From NCBI GenBank assembly GCA_040289885.1, contig PSLZ01000005.1, positions 26,598 to 90,597 of the forward strand: a stretch of DNA of 64,000 nucleotides, read 5' to 3'. The position numbers and the translations under genes are program-made. Positions 20,345 to 29,124 of this stretch are shown one piece after another. Within the stretch, counting starts at the first letter, position 1. Each line of letters opens with the position of its first letter. The notes under the pieces are model-generated. The model made no database searches, was not told the origin of the DNA, and saw nothing but the letters and a program-made list of their open reading frames with translations. The DNA is from Armatimonadota bacterium. GTDB lineage: Bacteria; Armatimonadota; HRBIN16.

Positions 20345-21850
20345 ATGCGACTGGCACGAGAAACATGGCTCTTGCTGGCTGTGGGATTAGCAGACCTTGC
20401 GAGCATCATCTATCTTGTGCGAAACGAACTGGTACACGAAGCCAACCCCGTGATGACTTGGTATTTGATCCACTTCGGCGTGTGGGCTTTCTGCGCCGCG
20501 AAGACCCTCATGCTGGTTTGTCCGGTGGTCATCCTAGAGTGGGTGCGCCTGTTCAAACCGTACCTAGGGCGATGGGCACTGCGTATCGCACTCCTGGGTT
20601 ATGTTACCCTCTACCTCGCCGTCGTGTGGCGGGCGAACGAGGCGCATTTCCAGCGACTGCTCAGTCCTTACCTGCCTCGCTTCAGCTGGTCCCAACGTGC
20701 AAAGCCATCGGCGTCCATGTGTCCAGCCGTTCCCCAGCCGATGGGTGATGCCCATAGACTAGCAGGATTCCCTCCCCTCGGCACGAAAGCAATAATCAAA
20801 ACCAGCGGGAGGGATGAACCCGTGCGAACGGCTTGGCAACTGAATCTGGTAGCGGTAGCGCTCCTGTGTCTGTTCAGCGCATGCGGCAAGAAGCAAACGG
20901 GCACGGCAGGCATCGGCACCACAACCGGCGGAGCGAAGCTGGTTGTCGCGGTGATGCCCAAACTGAAAGGCATTGATTACTTTAACGCAGTGGAGCGAGG
21001 CGCCAAAGAAGCGGCGCAGGAACTCGGAAATATTGACCTCACCTACGACGGACCCACCGAGGGCAAGGCCGACCTGCAGATACCCTTCATCGAAAGCTGG
21101 ACCCTGCAGAAGGTGAACGTGATCGCGGTTGCCTGCAACGACCCCGACGCCATCTCCCCTGCCCTCAAACGCGCTCGCGAGAAAGGCGTTCACGTCATTA
21201 CCTACGACGCCGATGCTAACGCCGAAAAGTCGGGACGTGAGTTCTTCGTGAACCAGGCAACCTTCGAAGACATCGGGCGCGCGCTGGTGGACGAAATGGC
21301 TTCGCAGGCAGGTGCCGAGGCAAAAGTAGCCATCGTCAGCTCTTCACCCACTGCGCCCAACCAGAACGCCTGGATCGCGGTGATGAAGCGCTATATGGCG
21401 GAAAAGTACCCGAAGATGCAGATAGTGACCATCCAGTACCCCGAAGAGGACCAGGGACGTGCCTTCAGCATGACGCAGGACATCCTCAAAACCTACCCGG
21501 ATGTGAAAGGCGTGTTTGGGCTCTCTTCCGTGGCATTCCCGGGCGCTGCCGACGCGGTGCGCCAGGCGGGCAAGAGCGGTAAGGTGGCGGTGGTGGGGCT
21601 GTCCACCCCCAAGAGCATGAAGGAGTTCGTCAAAGACGGCACGGTGAAGACGGTCATCCTATGGAACCCAGTGGACCTGGGTTACCTGACCGTGTATGTG
21701 GCGAAGGCGGTCGCGGAAGGCACACTGAAGCCGGGCGCCACCGAGTTTGAAGCGGGCAGGTTAGGCAAGGTCAAGGTGGAAGGAGACCAGGTCCTGCTGG
21801 GACCACCGATGCAGTTCACGCGCGAGAACATCGACCAGTATGACTTCTGA
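20345..21850 (+). CDS. sugar ABC transporter substrate-binding protein (CUT2, RhaS/LsrB/RbsB-like) with N-terminal DUF5658-like membrane domain in the same frame; lipoprotein form likely starts at GTG 20822
   Basis: Strong RBS GAGGAGG before ATG 20345; residues 1-100 hydrophobic with E-A-N-P motif (DUF5658-like); internal lipoprotein signal VRTAWQLNLVAVALLCLFSAC (lipobox LFSAC) preceded by GGGAGGG; remainder is a Peripla_BP_4-type SBP. Confidence 0.75.
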   Translation: MRLARETWLLLAVGLADLASIIYLVRNELVHEANPVMTWYLIHFGVWAFCAAKTLMLVCPVVILEWVRLFKPYLGRWALRIALLGYVTLYLAVVWRANEAHFQRLLSPYLPRFSWSQRAKPSASMCPAVPQPMGDAHRLAGFPPLGTKAIIKTSGRDEPVRTAWQLNLVAVALLCLFSACGKKQTGTAGIGTTTGGAKLVVAVMPKLKGIDYFNAVERGAKEAAQELGNIDLTYDGPTEGKADLQIPFIESWTLQKVNVIAVACNDPDAISPALKRAREKGVHVITYDADANAEKSGREFFVNQATFEDIGRALVDEMASQAGAEAKVAIVSSSPTAPNQNAWIAVMKRYMAEKYPKMQIVTIQYPEEDQGRAFSMTQDILKTYPDVKGVFGLSSVAFPGAADAVRQAGKSGKVAVVGLSTPKSMKEFVKDGTVKTVILWNPVDLGYLTVYVAKAVAEGTLKPGATEFEAGRLGKVKVEGDQVLLGPPMQFTRENIDQYDF

Positions 21851-22811
21851 ACGTATTCCCCCCACCCGTTTCGCACCCTGGCGCCACTACGGGCGTGAAA
21901 TGAGTGTGGGGGTGTTTCTGTTGCTGTTGCTGGCATATTTTGGCACGACGCCCGGTTTCCTGCAGGCGAGCAACCTGCGTGACATGCTCATCAACGCGTC
22001 GCCGCTAGTCATCGCCGCCTGCGGGATGACGATGCTCATTATCGCGGGCATGATCGACATCTCGGCGGGCTCTGCGCTGGCAGTGTGTGCGGTGACGGCG
22101 GGGGTGACTGCCAAATCGGGCGCGCCGTTCGTCTGGATGATACTCCTTCCTATCCTAGCGGGCGCGACCATCGGCGCGGTGAACGGCTGGCTGGTGGCTT
22201 ATGGACGCATCCCGGCAATTATCGTCACGCTGGGCATGATGAGCGTCCTGCGCGGCGGGATCATCTGGTACACGCGCGGCGAGTGGATCGGCAACCTTCC
22301 GCCCTCCTTCTCGGCGGTGGGACGTGGTCACCTGCTCGGCATTCCTGCTCCCGTGCTGATCGCCATCGGCGTGGTGACGGTTACCGCCCTCCTGCTAGCT
22401 CGCACTCCACTCGGTGGCCACATCTACGCCATCGGAGGCAATCCGCTCGCCGCCACACGCATGGGCATCCCCGTCCGCCGGACGCTATGGCTGGTGTTCG
22501 TCATGCATGGCGCCCTGTTGGGGCTGTCCGCGCTGGTGTATGCTTCAAGGTTCAGCGTCATCCAGAGCAACGCCGGCGCAGGGTTTGAACTGCTCGTCAT
22601 CAGCGCGGTGGTGGTAGGCGGGGTGAACATCTTCGGAGGACAGGGCACGGTGTGGGGCAGTGCCATCGGCGGATTACTCTTGCAGGTCATCAGCACTGGG
22701 CTGATCTTCCGCCGCGTCTCCGAGTACTGGGCGCCAAGCGTACAGGGTGCTCTCGTTCTGCTGGCGGTAATGGCAGACGCCCTGCGCACACCACGGAGGG
22801 TGAAACGGTGA
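21840..22811 (+). CDS. sugar ABC transporter permease (BPD_transp_2, RbsC/RhaP-like)
   Basis: 323 aa, ~10 TM; GMIDISAGSALAVCAV motif; overlaps SBP stop. Confidence 0.85.
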   Translation: MTSERIPPTRFAPWRHYGREMSVGVFLLLLLAYFGTTPGFLQASNLRDMLINASPLVIAACGMTMLIIAGMIDISAGSALAVCAVTAGVTAKSGAPFVWMILLPILAGATIGAVNGWLVAYGRIPAIIVTLGMMSVLRGGIIWYTRGEWIGNLPPSFSAVGRGHLLGIPAPVLIAIGVVTVTALLLARTPLGGHIYAIGGNPLAATRMGIPVRRTLWLVFVMHGALLGLSALVYASRFSVIQSNAGAGFELLVISAVVVGGVNIFGGQGTVWGSAIGGLLLQVISTGLIFRRVSEYWAPSVQGALVLLAVMADALRTPRRVKR

Positions 22812-23746
22812 GAATCCGACTGCCACGCCGCGAGGTGATCTTGATCCTTCTGCTGTTGGTGGAGATGGCGGTGCTTCAGTCCCTCTCGCCCCTCTTCCTC
22901 ACTCCCGACAACCTGCTGGAGGTGGTTCGCCAGTCCGCCGAGATCGGGCTGATCGCCCTAGCGATGACACTGGTCATCATCACCGCTGGGATAGACCTGT
23001 CGGTCGGTTCCATCGTCGGGCTGAGCATCATGGCGATGGGCATGTTGTGGGAGGATGCACACCTCTCCCTATGGGTTGCCGTGCCGCTCGCTCTGCTAAC
23101 CGGTGCACTCTGCGGTGCACTCAACGGCACATTGATTACATCGGTGGGCATTCCCCCTCTCATCGTGACGCTGGCGACCATGGCGGGCTTTCGTGGCGTC
23201 GCCTTGGGCATGAGTCAAGCGCGTTCCATCCGCAACTTCCCTGAAGGGTTCCTGTGGCTCGGTCAGGGCTACATCGCGGATGTTCCCGTGCAGGTGTGGA
23301 TATTGGCGATCGCCGCGGTGGGGTTCCACCTTGCCCTAACGCGCACCGCGTGGGGGCGGTCGGTGTTCGGCATCGGCGCGAACGAGCCTGCAGCGCGGCT
23401 CTCCGGCGTGCCGGTGCACCGGGTCAAACTGCAGGTGTACGCGCTATCGGGCTTCATGAGTGCACTGTCCGCGGTCATCTACGCCGCACACGTATCGGTC
23501 GCCAAGCCTGATGCCGGGCTGGGCTTCGAGCTCACAGCGATTACGGCGGTGGTGTTGGGCGGGACCGCCGTCTCCGGCGGCGAGGGGGGCGTACTGGGAA
23601 CCTTAATCGCGCTGTTGATGGTGGGTTTCCTACGCAGTGGGTTAACCCTGGCGCGCGTGCCCTCGGAAGCTCAGGATATGATGGTAGGGCTACTACTGCT
23701 CATCGTGGTTGCCATAGACCGTTGGAGCCGTGCCGGCAGAGAGTAA
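22808..23746 (+). CDS. sugar ABC transporter permease (BPD_transp_2, RbsC/RhaQ-like)
   Basis: GTG 22808 overlaps upstream stop (GTGA); GIDLSVGSIVGLSIMAMG motif; ORF-track N-terminal extension is spurious. Confidence 0.8.
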   Translation: MRIRLPRREVILILLLLVEMAVLQSLSPLFLTPDNLLEVVRQSAEIGLIALAMTLVIITAGIDLSVGSIVGLSIMAMGMLWEDAHLSLWVAVPLALLTGALCGALNGTLITSVGIPPLIVTLATMAGFRGVALGMSQARSIRNFPEGFLWLGQGYIADVPVQVWILAIAAVGFHLALTRTAWGRSVFGIGANEPAARLSGVPVHRVKLQVYALSGFMSALSAVIYAAHVSVAKPDAGLGFELTAITAVVLGGTAVSGGEGGVLGTLIALLMVGFLRSGLTLARVPSEAQDMMVGLLLLIVVAIDRWSRAGRE

Positions 23747-23813
23747 CCTCCAACGTTTCCCCCTTCCTTCGCCATATGGTATAATGGCAACGACGCCAAA
23801 CCGGAGAATCGAG

Positions 23814-24533
23814 ATGAAAATCCCTCTCATCGGTATCACCACGGGCTACGAACAGCACGGGGAAGCCGTCGCCGAGCTAGCCAAACGCTACGTAGACGCG
23901 GTAGTGCGGGCAGGCGGCGCGCCCGTCGTGCTCCCTCCCGCCGACCTCCGCCTCGTTCAACGATACGCCGAGATGCTGGACGGACTAATCGTTAGCGGAG
24001 GCAAGGACATCCCTCCCTCCCTCTACGGCGAGGCGACACACCCACAGACCGACGCCCTCTCGGAGGAGCGACCGCTGTTCGAAATCCAGCTGGTTCGTCT
24101 CCTGCGTGACAGAGACACACCCGTGCTGGGCATCTGTTATGGCTGTCAACTGCTGAACGTGGCGTTCGGGGGCACGCTAATCCAGGATCTTCCCTCACAG
24201 GTGCAACCCCCCCTCCAGCACCGCCGAACCTCCTCGGCAGAACCTCATGCTCGTCATCGCGTAACCCTTCGTGAAGGAAGCCTTTTGCGACAGATCTTAG
24301 GTAGGAACGAGGTGGAAATCGTCAGTTCGCACCATCAGGCGGTTAAACAGCCCGCATCTTGCTTCAAAATAACCGCCACCGCGCCGGATGGCGTCATCGA
24401 AGCTATCGAGGTGGAGGATGCGCGCTTTTTCGTCGGGGTACAATGGCATCCGGAAATGGGCCCTGAGGCGGAGGCAACGCACGCGCTACTGCACGCCTTT
24501 ATTCGCGCCGCTTCAGAACGCATCAAACCCTAA
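23814..24533 (+). CDS. gamma-glutamyl-gamma-aminobutyrate hydrolase family protein (class I glutamine amidotransferase, peptidase C26)
   Basis: MKIPLIGITTGYE...VLGICYGCQLLNVAFGG (catalytic Cys)...HH; extended -10 TGgTATAAT at 23778-23786. Confidence 0.75.
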   Translation: MKIPLIGITTGYEQHGEAVAELAKRYVDAVVRAGGAPVVLPPADLRLVQRYAEMLDGLIVSGGKDIPPSLYGEATHPQTDALSEERPLFEIQLVRLLRDRDTPVLGICYGCQLLNVAFGGTLIQDLPSQVQPPLQHRRTSSAEPHARHRVTLREGSLLRQILGRNEVEIVSSHHQAVKQPASCFKITATAPDGVIEAIEVEDARFFVGVQWHPEMGPEAEATHALLHAFIRAASERIKP

Positions 24534-24545
24534 GGAGGCACCACG

Positions 24546-25214
24546 ATGTTCCGACGTTTGGCTTTTACATTGATCGAAATGCTGGTCGTTATCGCCATCA
24601 TCGCCCTGCTGGCAGGACTGCTGTTTCCCGTGTTTTCGCGTGCCCGCGCCAAGGGGTGTGAAACCGCCTGCCTGTCCAACATTCGGCAAATCGGTATGGC
24701 CATCATGATGTACGCCGAAGACTACGATGAGCGCTATCCGTGGGCGGTTGACGCTACCGACCGCTACACGCCCCAAATCTGGAACGACTATCCCCAGTGG
24801 CAGCAGTGGATTCCCTACATGCCCATGCTCCACGAGGTCCTGCAACCCTACTGCCGCAGTGCCGAGCTGTGGCGATGCCCATCGGACTTCGGCTACGTGT
24901 ATCAGGACTTTAACTGCGAACTGCTGGATGCCACGCCCTCTTCCTACCAGAAGTTCGGCACCAGCTACGTGTTCCGCACCGAAATCGCCTTCCGGCAGAT
25001 GATGCTTTCGGGCTTCCAGTACCCCTCCGAAGTGAACGTCATCATGGACAGTAGCGGGGCGTGGCACGGCAGTGAAGGGATCATGCGCACGCGAGCCGAA
25101 TGCTTTGATAGCCGATTCTACCGCGGCTACCGTTACAACGTGCTGTTCGGCGATGGACATGCTAAGAACGTCAACTACTTTGATCTGGACAAAGCGTGGA
25201 ACGTGCCGTTATGA
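24546..25214 (+). CDS. prepilin-type N-terminal cleavage/methylation domain protein, DUF1559 (H-x9-DG) family
   Basis: N-terminus MFRRLAFTLIEMLVVIAIIALLAGLLFPVF (class III signal peptide); C-terminus NVLFGDGHAKNV; RBS AAGGAGG. Confidence 0.8.
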   Translation: MFRRLAFTLIEMLVVIAIIALLAGLLFPVFSRARAKGCETACLSNIRQIGMAIMMYAEDYDERYPWAVDATDRYTPQIWNDYPQWQQWIPYMPMLHEVLQPYCRSAELWRCPSDFGYVYQDFNCELLDATPSSYQKFGTSYVFRTEIAFRQMMLSGFQYPSEVNVIMDSSGAWHGSEGIMRTRAECFDSRFYRGYRYNVLFGDGHAKNVNYFDLDKAWNVPL

Positions 25215-26554
25215 TTCTTCGGGCGGATTGGGTACTGCCGGTGGCTAATGACCCCATCGAAGACGGCGAGGTGGTCGTCCGCAATGGGGTCATTGTGGAT
25301 GTGCGCCGGCGTTCGGGCACGCGCGGCGGCGCGGATGTGCTGGACTTCGGCGAGGCGGTCATCCTGCCTGGGTTGGTGAATACTCACACGCATCTGGAAC
25401 TCACCGTCCTGCGCGGGGCGATAGAAGACCTCCCCTTCTTCGAATGGCTCCGCAAACTGGTGGATCTGAAGAAGATGCTGTCGGAGCAGGAGTGGCGCAA
25501 CTCCGCGCTCTGGGGCGCATTGGAAGCCGCGGCCTCGGGCATCACTACCCTCGCCGACACCACCGACACGGGTGCCTCCCTATACGCGATGGTTCAAGCG
25601 GGATTGCGTGGCAGGGTGTATCAGGAGGTCTTCGCGGTGGAGCCGGACACGGATGCCCCACAGACCCTGCGCACGCTGGAAGACAGGCTACAATGGCTTC
25701 GCCGCGCCTCGCAGGGCACGACGGTGGAGGTAGGCGTTGCGCCCCATACCCTCTACACGGTCCGCCCCGCCGTCCTGCAGGCTCTGCGCCACTATACCCG
25801 CGAGAAGGGCTACCCGGTGTGCATCCATGCCGGCGAATCCGCCGATGAAATCGCTCTGCTGGAAAAAGGCGAGGGCAAGTTCGCGCAGATGTACGCCCAG
25901 CGCGGAATCCCCTGGCAAGAAGAGGGTAAACATCCACTGGACATCCTGTACGAGCAGAGCTGGCTGGACGAACACACCCTGCTGGTGCACGGTGTGCATA
26001 CCGACTCGCACCACGCTGAACGGCTTGCCTCCACCCACACCGCTGTGGCCCATTGCCCGCAGTCCAACGCCAAGCTCTGCAACGGCATCGCCCCGCTCAG
26101 TGAGTGGCTCGCACAAGGTGTGACGGTAGGGCTAGGCACGGACAGCGTCGTTAGCAACAACACCATGGACCTGTTCGCGGAGATGCGCCTGGCGGTGACG
26201 CTTCAACGCGCGGTGCACGGCGTGGATTCGTGCCTAACAGCGCGCAAGGCGGTGGAGCTGGCAACCACGCGGGGAGCGCAGGCGCTAGGCATGGCGGAGC
26301 GCATTGGCACACTGGAAGCAGGCAAACAGGCGGACCTGTGCGTGGTCTCTCTGGCGGGCGTGCATGCGTTCCCCACCTACGACCCATATGCCGGTCTGGT
26401 CTTTTCGGCACGCGCTTCCGACGTCTTGATGACAATGGTAGGAGGCAAGGTGGTGTATCAACAAGGGCAATTTCCTCTGCTTCGCGAACCTGTTGCGACC
26501 CTGCGCGAGAGACTACGCTATACCGTCCGACGTATCCGAGAGGTTTTGCACTGA
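25211..26554 (+). CDS. amidohydrolase, MtaD/SsnA-like nucleoside deaminase (candidate aminodeoxyfutalosine deaminase / MTA-SAH deaminase)
   Basis: GLVNTHTHLELT metal-binding motif; amidohydrolase fold throughout; start ATG 25211 overlaps upstream stop. Confidence 0.7.
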   Translation: MILRADWVLPVANDPIEDGEVVVRNGVIVDVRRRSGTRGGADVLDFGEAVILPGLVNTHTHLELTVLRGAIEDLPFFEWLRKLVDLKKMLSEQEWRNSALWGALEAAASGITTLADTTDTGASLYAMVQAGLRGRVYQEVFAVEPDTDAPQTLRTLEDRLQWLRRASQGTTVEVGVAPHTLYTVRPAVLQALRHYTREKGYPVCIHAGESADEIALLEKGEGKFAQMYAQRGIPWQEEGKHPLDILYEQSWLDEHTLLVHGVHTDSHHAERLASTHTAVAHCPQSNAKLCNGIAPLSEWLAQGVTVGLGTDSVVSNNTMDLFAEMRLAVTLQRAVHGVDSCLTARKAVELATTRGAQALGMAERIGTLEAGKQADLCVVSLAGVHAFPTYDPYAGLVFSARASDVLMTMVGGKVVYQQGQFPLLREPVATLRERLRYTVRRIREVLH

Positions 26555-27186
26555 TGAATCTGGATAGCTATCGCCAGCAGTTATGTGAGCTGGGGCACTA
26601 TCTAGGCGCGCGTGGGCTAGCTTGGGGCACCTCAGGCAATATCAGCCTGCGCCTCGACGAGGAGCGGTTCCTCATCTCGGCATCGGGCGCGTGGCTTGGT
26701 AATCTCACGCCAGAGCAGACGACGCTCTGCTTCCTGCAGTCCGAGCAGGTCATCGGCACGAAGCCGTCGGTGGAAACCCCTATGCATCGCGCCATCTATC
26801 GCAACCGCCCCGACGCGCAGGTGGTGGTGCACGTCTCGCCTCCTTACACCACGCTTATCGCCTGCTCCAGCCTGCACATCCCGACCGACCTGAACATCGA
26901 AAATATCTTCTATCTGGGGCGAGTGGCTCGCGTGCCCTACATGCACCCCGGTACCCAGCCGTTGGCAGAGGCTGTAGGCGCCGCGGTGCGCGAGCACGAA
27001 ACGCTCATCCTCTCCAACCACGGCGCGATCACCTTTCACCAATCCATCCCCGACGTGCTGATGCGGGTGGAGTCGCTGGAGATGACCTGTCGGATAGTGA
27101 CGATGGCGCGCATGGCAAACATCCCGCTCAACCACCTGCCCGCCGAGGTCGCCGAAGCGCTTCGGAGCGGCTATCGCAGGTCATAG
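26554..27186 (+). CDS. class II aldolase/adducin family protein
   Basis: 210 aa starting MNLDSYRQQLCELG (ATG overlaps upstream TGA); GNISLR...HVSPPY...SNHGAITF motifs of class II aldolases; 3' end overlaps convergent mqnA by 16 nt. Confidence 0.7.
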   Translation: MNLDSYRQQLCELGHYLGARGLAWGTSGNISLRLDEERFLISASGAWLGNLTPEQTTLCFLQSEQVIGTKPSVETPMHRAIYRNRPDAQVVVHVSPPYTTLIACSSLHIPTDLNIENIFYLGRVARVPYMHPGTQPLAEAVGAAVREHETLILSNHGAITFHQSIPDVLMRVESLEMTCRIVTMARMANIPLNHLPAEVAEALRSGYRRS

Positions 27187-27941
27187 ACCAGCCCCAGCTT
27201 GCGGCACTCCTCCTGAAACCGCGCCAGAGCCTCTTCGTGCGCCGGAGTCATCTGGTACTGCATGATGTCGCACAGGTAGTGCCGCACGAGGTGCTCCTCT
27301 GCTCCCAGCCGGGCGGTCTCCACCCGTATCACCTGGCCGATGTGCTCCAGTCCCCAAGCGCGCGCGGTTACCAGCACTTCCACCAGCCGCGGATGAAGAT
27401 GCTCCCGTCTGCCCAGCCATAACGCCCACACGAACGGCAGACCGGTCCAGTTGAACCATTCCTCGCCCAAATCGAACACGTACAGCCCCTCCGCCCGCGC
27501 CAGCATCCCTTTGTCTCCGATCAAAAGGGCGGAATCGGCTCTGTTCAGCATCGCCTGCAGGTCGGGCGCAGCAGGGATATACTCCGGCTTCCTCTGCCAC
27601 CAACGCGCGAACAGCACCTGCACCAGCGCGGAGGAGGTCAGCGAGCTGGTATCCAGCGCAACCGAACGCACCTTGTCCAGAGGAACCTTGCAAAACAGGC
27701 GCACGCTCAGCACCTTGCCCGTGCTCGCAATGGCGATGTCGGCAACGACTCCCCAGTCGGGATGGCGAAACAGTTCGATGGAGGAAACCAGCGCGCACGT
27801 CAGGTCACCCTTTCGGACCAGCCGCGCCAGCTGTGAGGGCACATCGGTAACCACTTCTACGCCGCTCTCCCTGCCCGCCGGCGAACAAAACCAGGCGGTC
27901 AACGGACTTGCGTTCAAATAGGGCACACTGCCAATCCGCAT
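27171..27941 (-). CDS. mqnA: menaquinone biosynthesis protein MqnA/MqnD family (futalosine pathway; likely chorismate dehydratase MqnA)
   Basis: MRIGSVPYLNASPL N-terminal signature; RBS GGAGG 5 nt before ATG 27941; tightly coupled to upstream prenyltransferase gene. Confidence 0.65.
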   Translation of the reverse strand: MRIGSVPYLNASPLTAWFCSPAGRESGVEVVTDVPSQLARLVRKGDLTCALVSSIELFRHPDWGVVADIAIASTGKVLSVRLFCKVPLDKVRSVALDTSSLTSSALVQVLFARWWQRKPEYIPAAPDLQAMLNRADSALLIGDKGMLARAEGLYVFDLGEEWFNWTGLPFVWALWLGRREHLHPRLVEVLVTARAWGLEHIGQVIRVETARLGAEEHLVRHYLCDIMQYQMTPAHEEALARFQEECRKLGLVYDLR

Positions 27942-27943
27942 CT

Positions 27944-28816
27944 TTACCTCCAGAACACCCACCAGTCCATCAGCGTAAACACGAACAGCAGAACACTGAC
28001 CCAGCCGTTCAGGGTGAAGAAGGCAAGGTTCACCCGGCTTAAATCGTGCGGCTTGACAAGGCTCTGCTCATAGGCGATCAGCGCACCGACGACCACCACA
28101 CCGGCGTAGTACCCCCAGCGGAGCTGCACCACCTGTCCCACCAGCAGTAACAGCCCCACCATACCCGCGTGCATCAGGCGTGAGAGCCACAAAGCACGCT
28201 CCTCGCCAAGCGTCTGCGGAAGTGACCGCAACCCCATCCGGCGGTCAAACTCCACATCCTGCAGGCTGTAGATGATGTCGAACCCCGCCGTCCACAGCAG
28301 AACCGCCAACGCCAGCAGAACGGGCACGAGGTCAAACCGTCCCCGCACCGCCAGCCATGCCCCCACCGGCGCAATGCCCAGACTCAGCCCCAGCCACAAG
28401 TGGCTCAGCGCGGTGAACCGTTTGGTGTACGAATAGCCCAGTATCCACAGCAGTGCCACCGGCGACAAAGCAAAACAGAGCGGATTCAACTGCCAAGCCG
28501 CGAACACGAACACTGCGGAGGATACCACAGTAAACACCGCTACCTGCCCAACCGTCAGGATACCGCGCGGTAGTGCCCTGTTCGCCGTGCGCGGGTTGAG
28601 GGCGTCATAATGCAGGTCAGCGATGCGATTGAACGCCATGGCGGAACTACGCGCCCCCACCATCGCCACCAGAATCCAGCCCAGCGTGCGCCACTCAGGT
28701 ACCCCCCGCGCCGCCAGCAGAGCCGACAACAGAGCAAACGGCAGAGCAAACACCGTATGCTCGAACTTGATCATCTCCAGAATAATTCCGACCTGCCGTA
28801 AGAACCGTCTTATCAT
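27944..28816 (-). CDS. UbiA family prenyltransferase (likely menaquinone futalosine-pathway prenyltransferase MqnP)
   Basis: ~290 aa, 8-9 TM; UbiA Asp-rich motifs (NRIADLHYD; DVEFD); start ATG 28816 after GGGAGAGG; stop 3 nt before mqnA start. Confidence 0.7.
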   Translation of the reverse strand: MIRRFLRQVGIILEMIKFEHTVFALPFALLSALLAARGVPEWRTLGWILVAMVGARSSAMAFNRIADLHYDALNPRTANRALPRGILTVGQVAVFTVVSSAVFVFAAWQLNPLCFALSPVALLWILGYSYTKRFTALSHLWLGLSLGIAPVGAWLAVRGRFDLVPVLLALAVLLWTAGFDIIYSLQDVEFDRRMGLRSLPQTLGEERALWLSRLMHAGMVGLLLLVGQVVQLRWGYYAGVVVVGALIAYEQSLVKPHDLSRVNLAFFTLNGWVSVLLFVFTLMDWWVFWR

Positions 28817-28923
28817 GCCTCTCCCCGTTGCGCTTTTTTGTCCACCGCATAGGACAACCCTGCTCATCGCAATCCTACCGCCGCCATCCGAAGCGCCAGG
28901 GGCTACCACTCTAAGCCCCCTCT

Positions 28924-29022
28924 TGTCATTCTGAGCGAAGCGAAGAATCCCAACCGAGATGCTTCGCTGGCGCTCAGCATGACAACAACGACGTCATTCG
29001 GAGCCGCGAGGCGAAGAAGCCC
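28924..29022. repeat. MITE/REP-like element, copy B: tgtcattctgagcgaagcgaagaatcccaaccgagatgcttcgctggcgctcagcatgaca hairpin unit plus partial unit gtcattcggagccgcgaggcgaagaagccc
   Basis: Palindromic arms TGTCAT..CTGAGC..GAAGC / GCTTC..CTCAG..ATGACA; intergenic between mqnP start and next gene. Confidence 0.7.
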
Positions 29023-29124
29023 TTATCATCGGGCACCACTATGCTCATTATACCCCTGAACCGTTCCCTTTGCCCTCGTATTTAGGTATACTAAATACAT
29101 CTGACGTGACGGAGGTGACACCAC

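Noticed and set aside
26230-26553. N-terminal 108 aa of ORF 26230..27186
   Set aside because: Overlaps the amidohydrolase gene in another frame and is Gly/Arg/Ala-rich junk; the aldolase starts at ATG 26554 overlapping the upstream stop.
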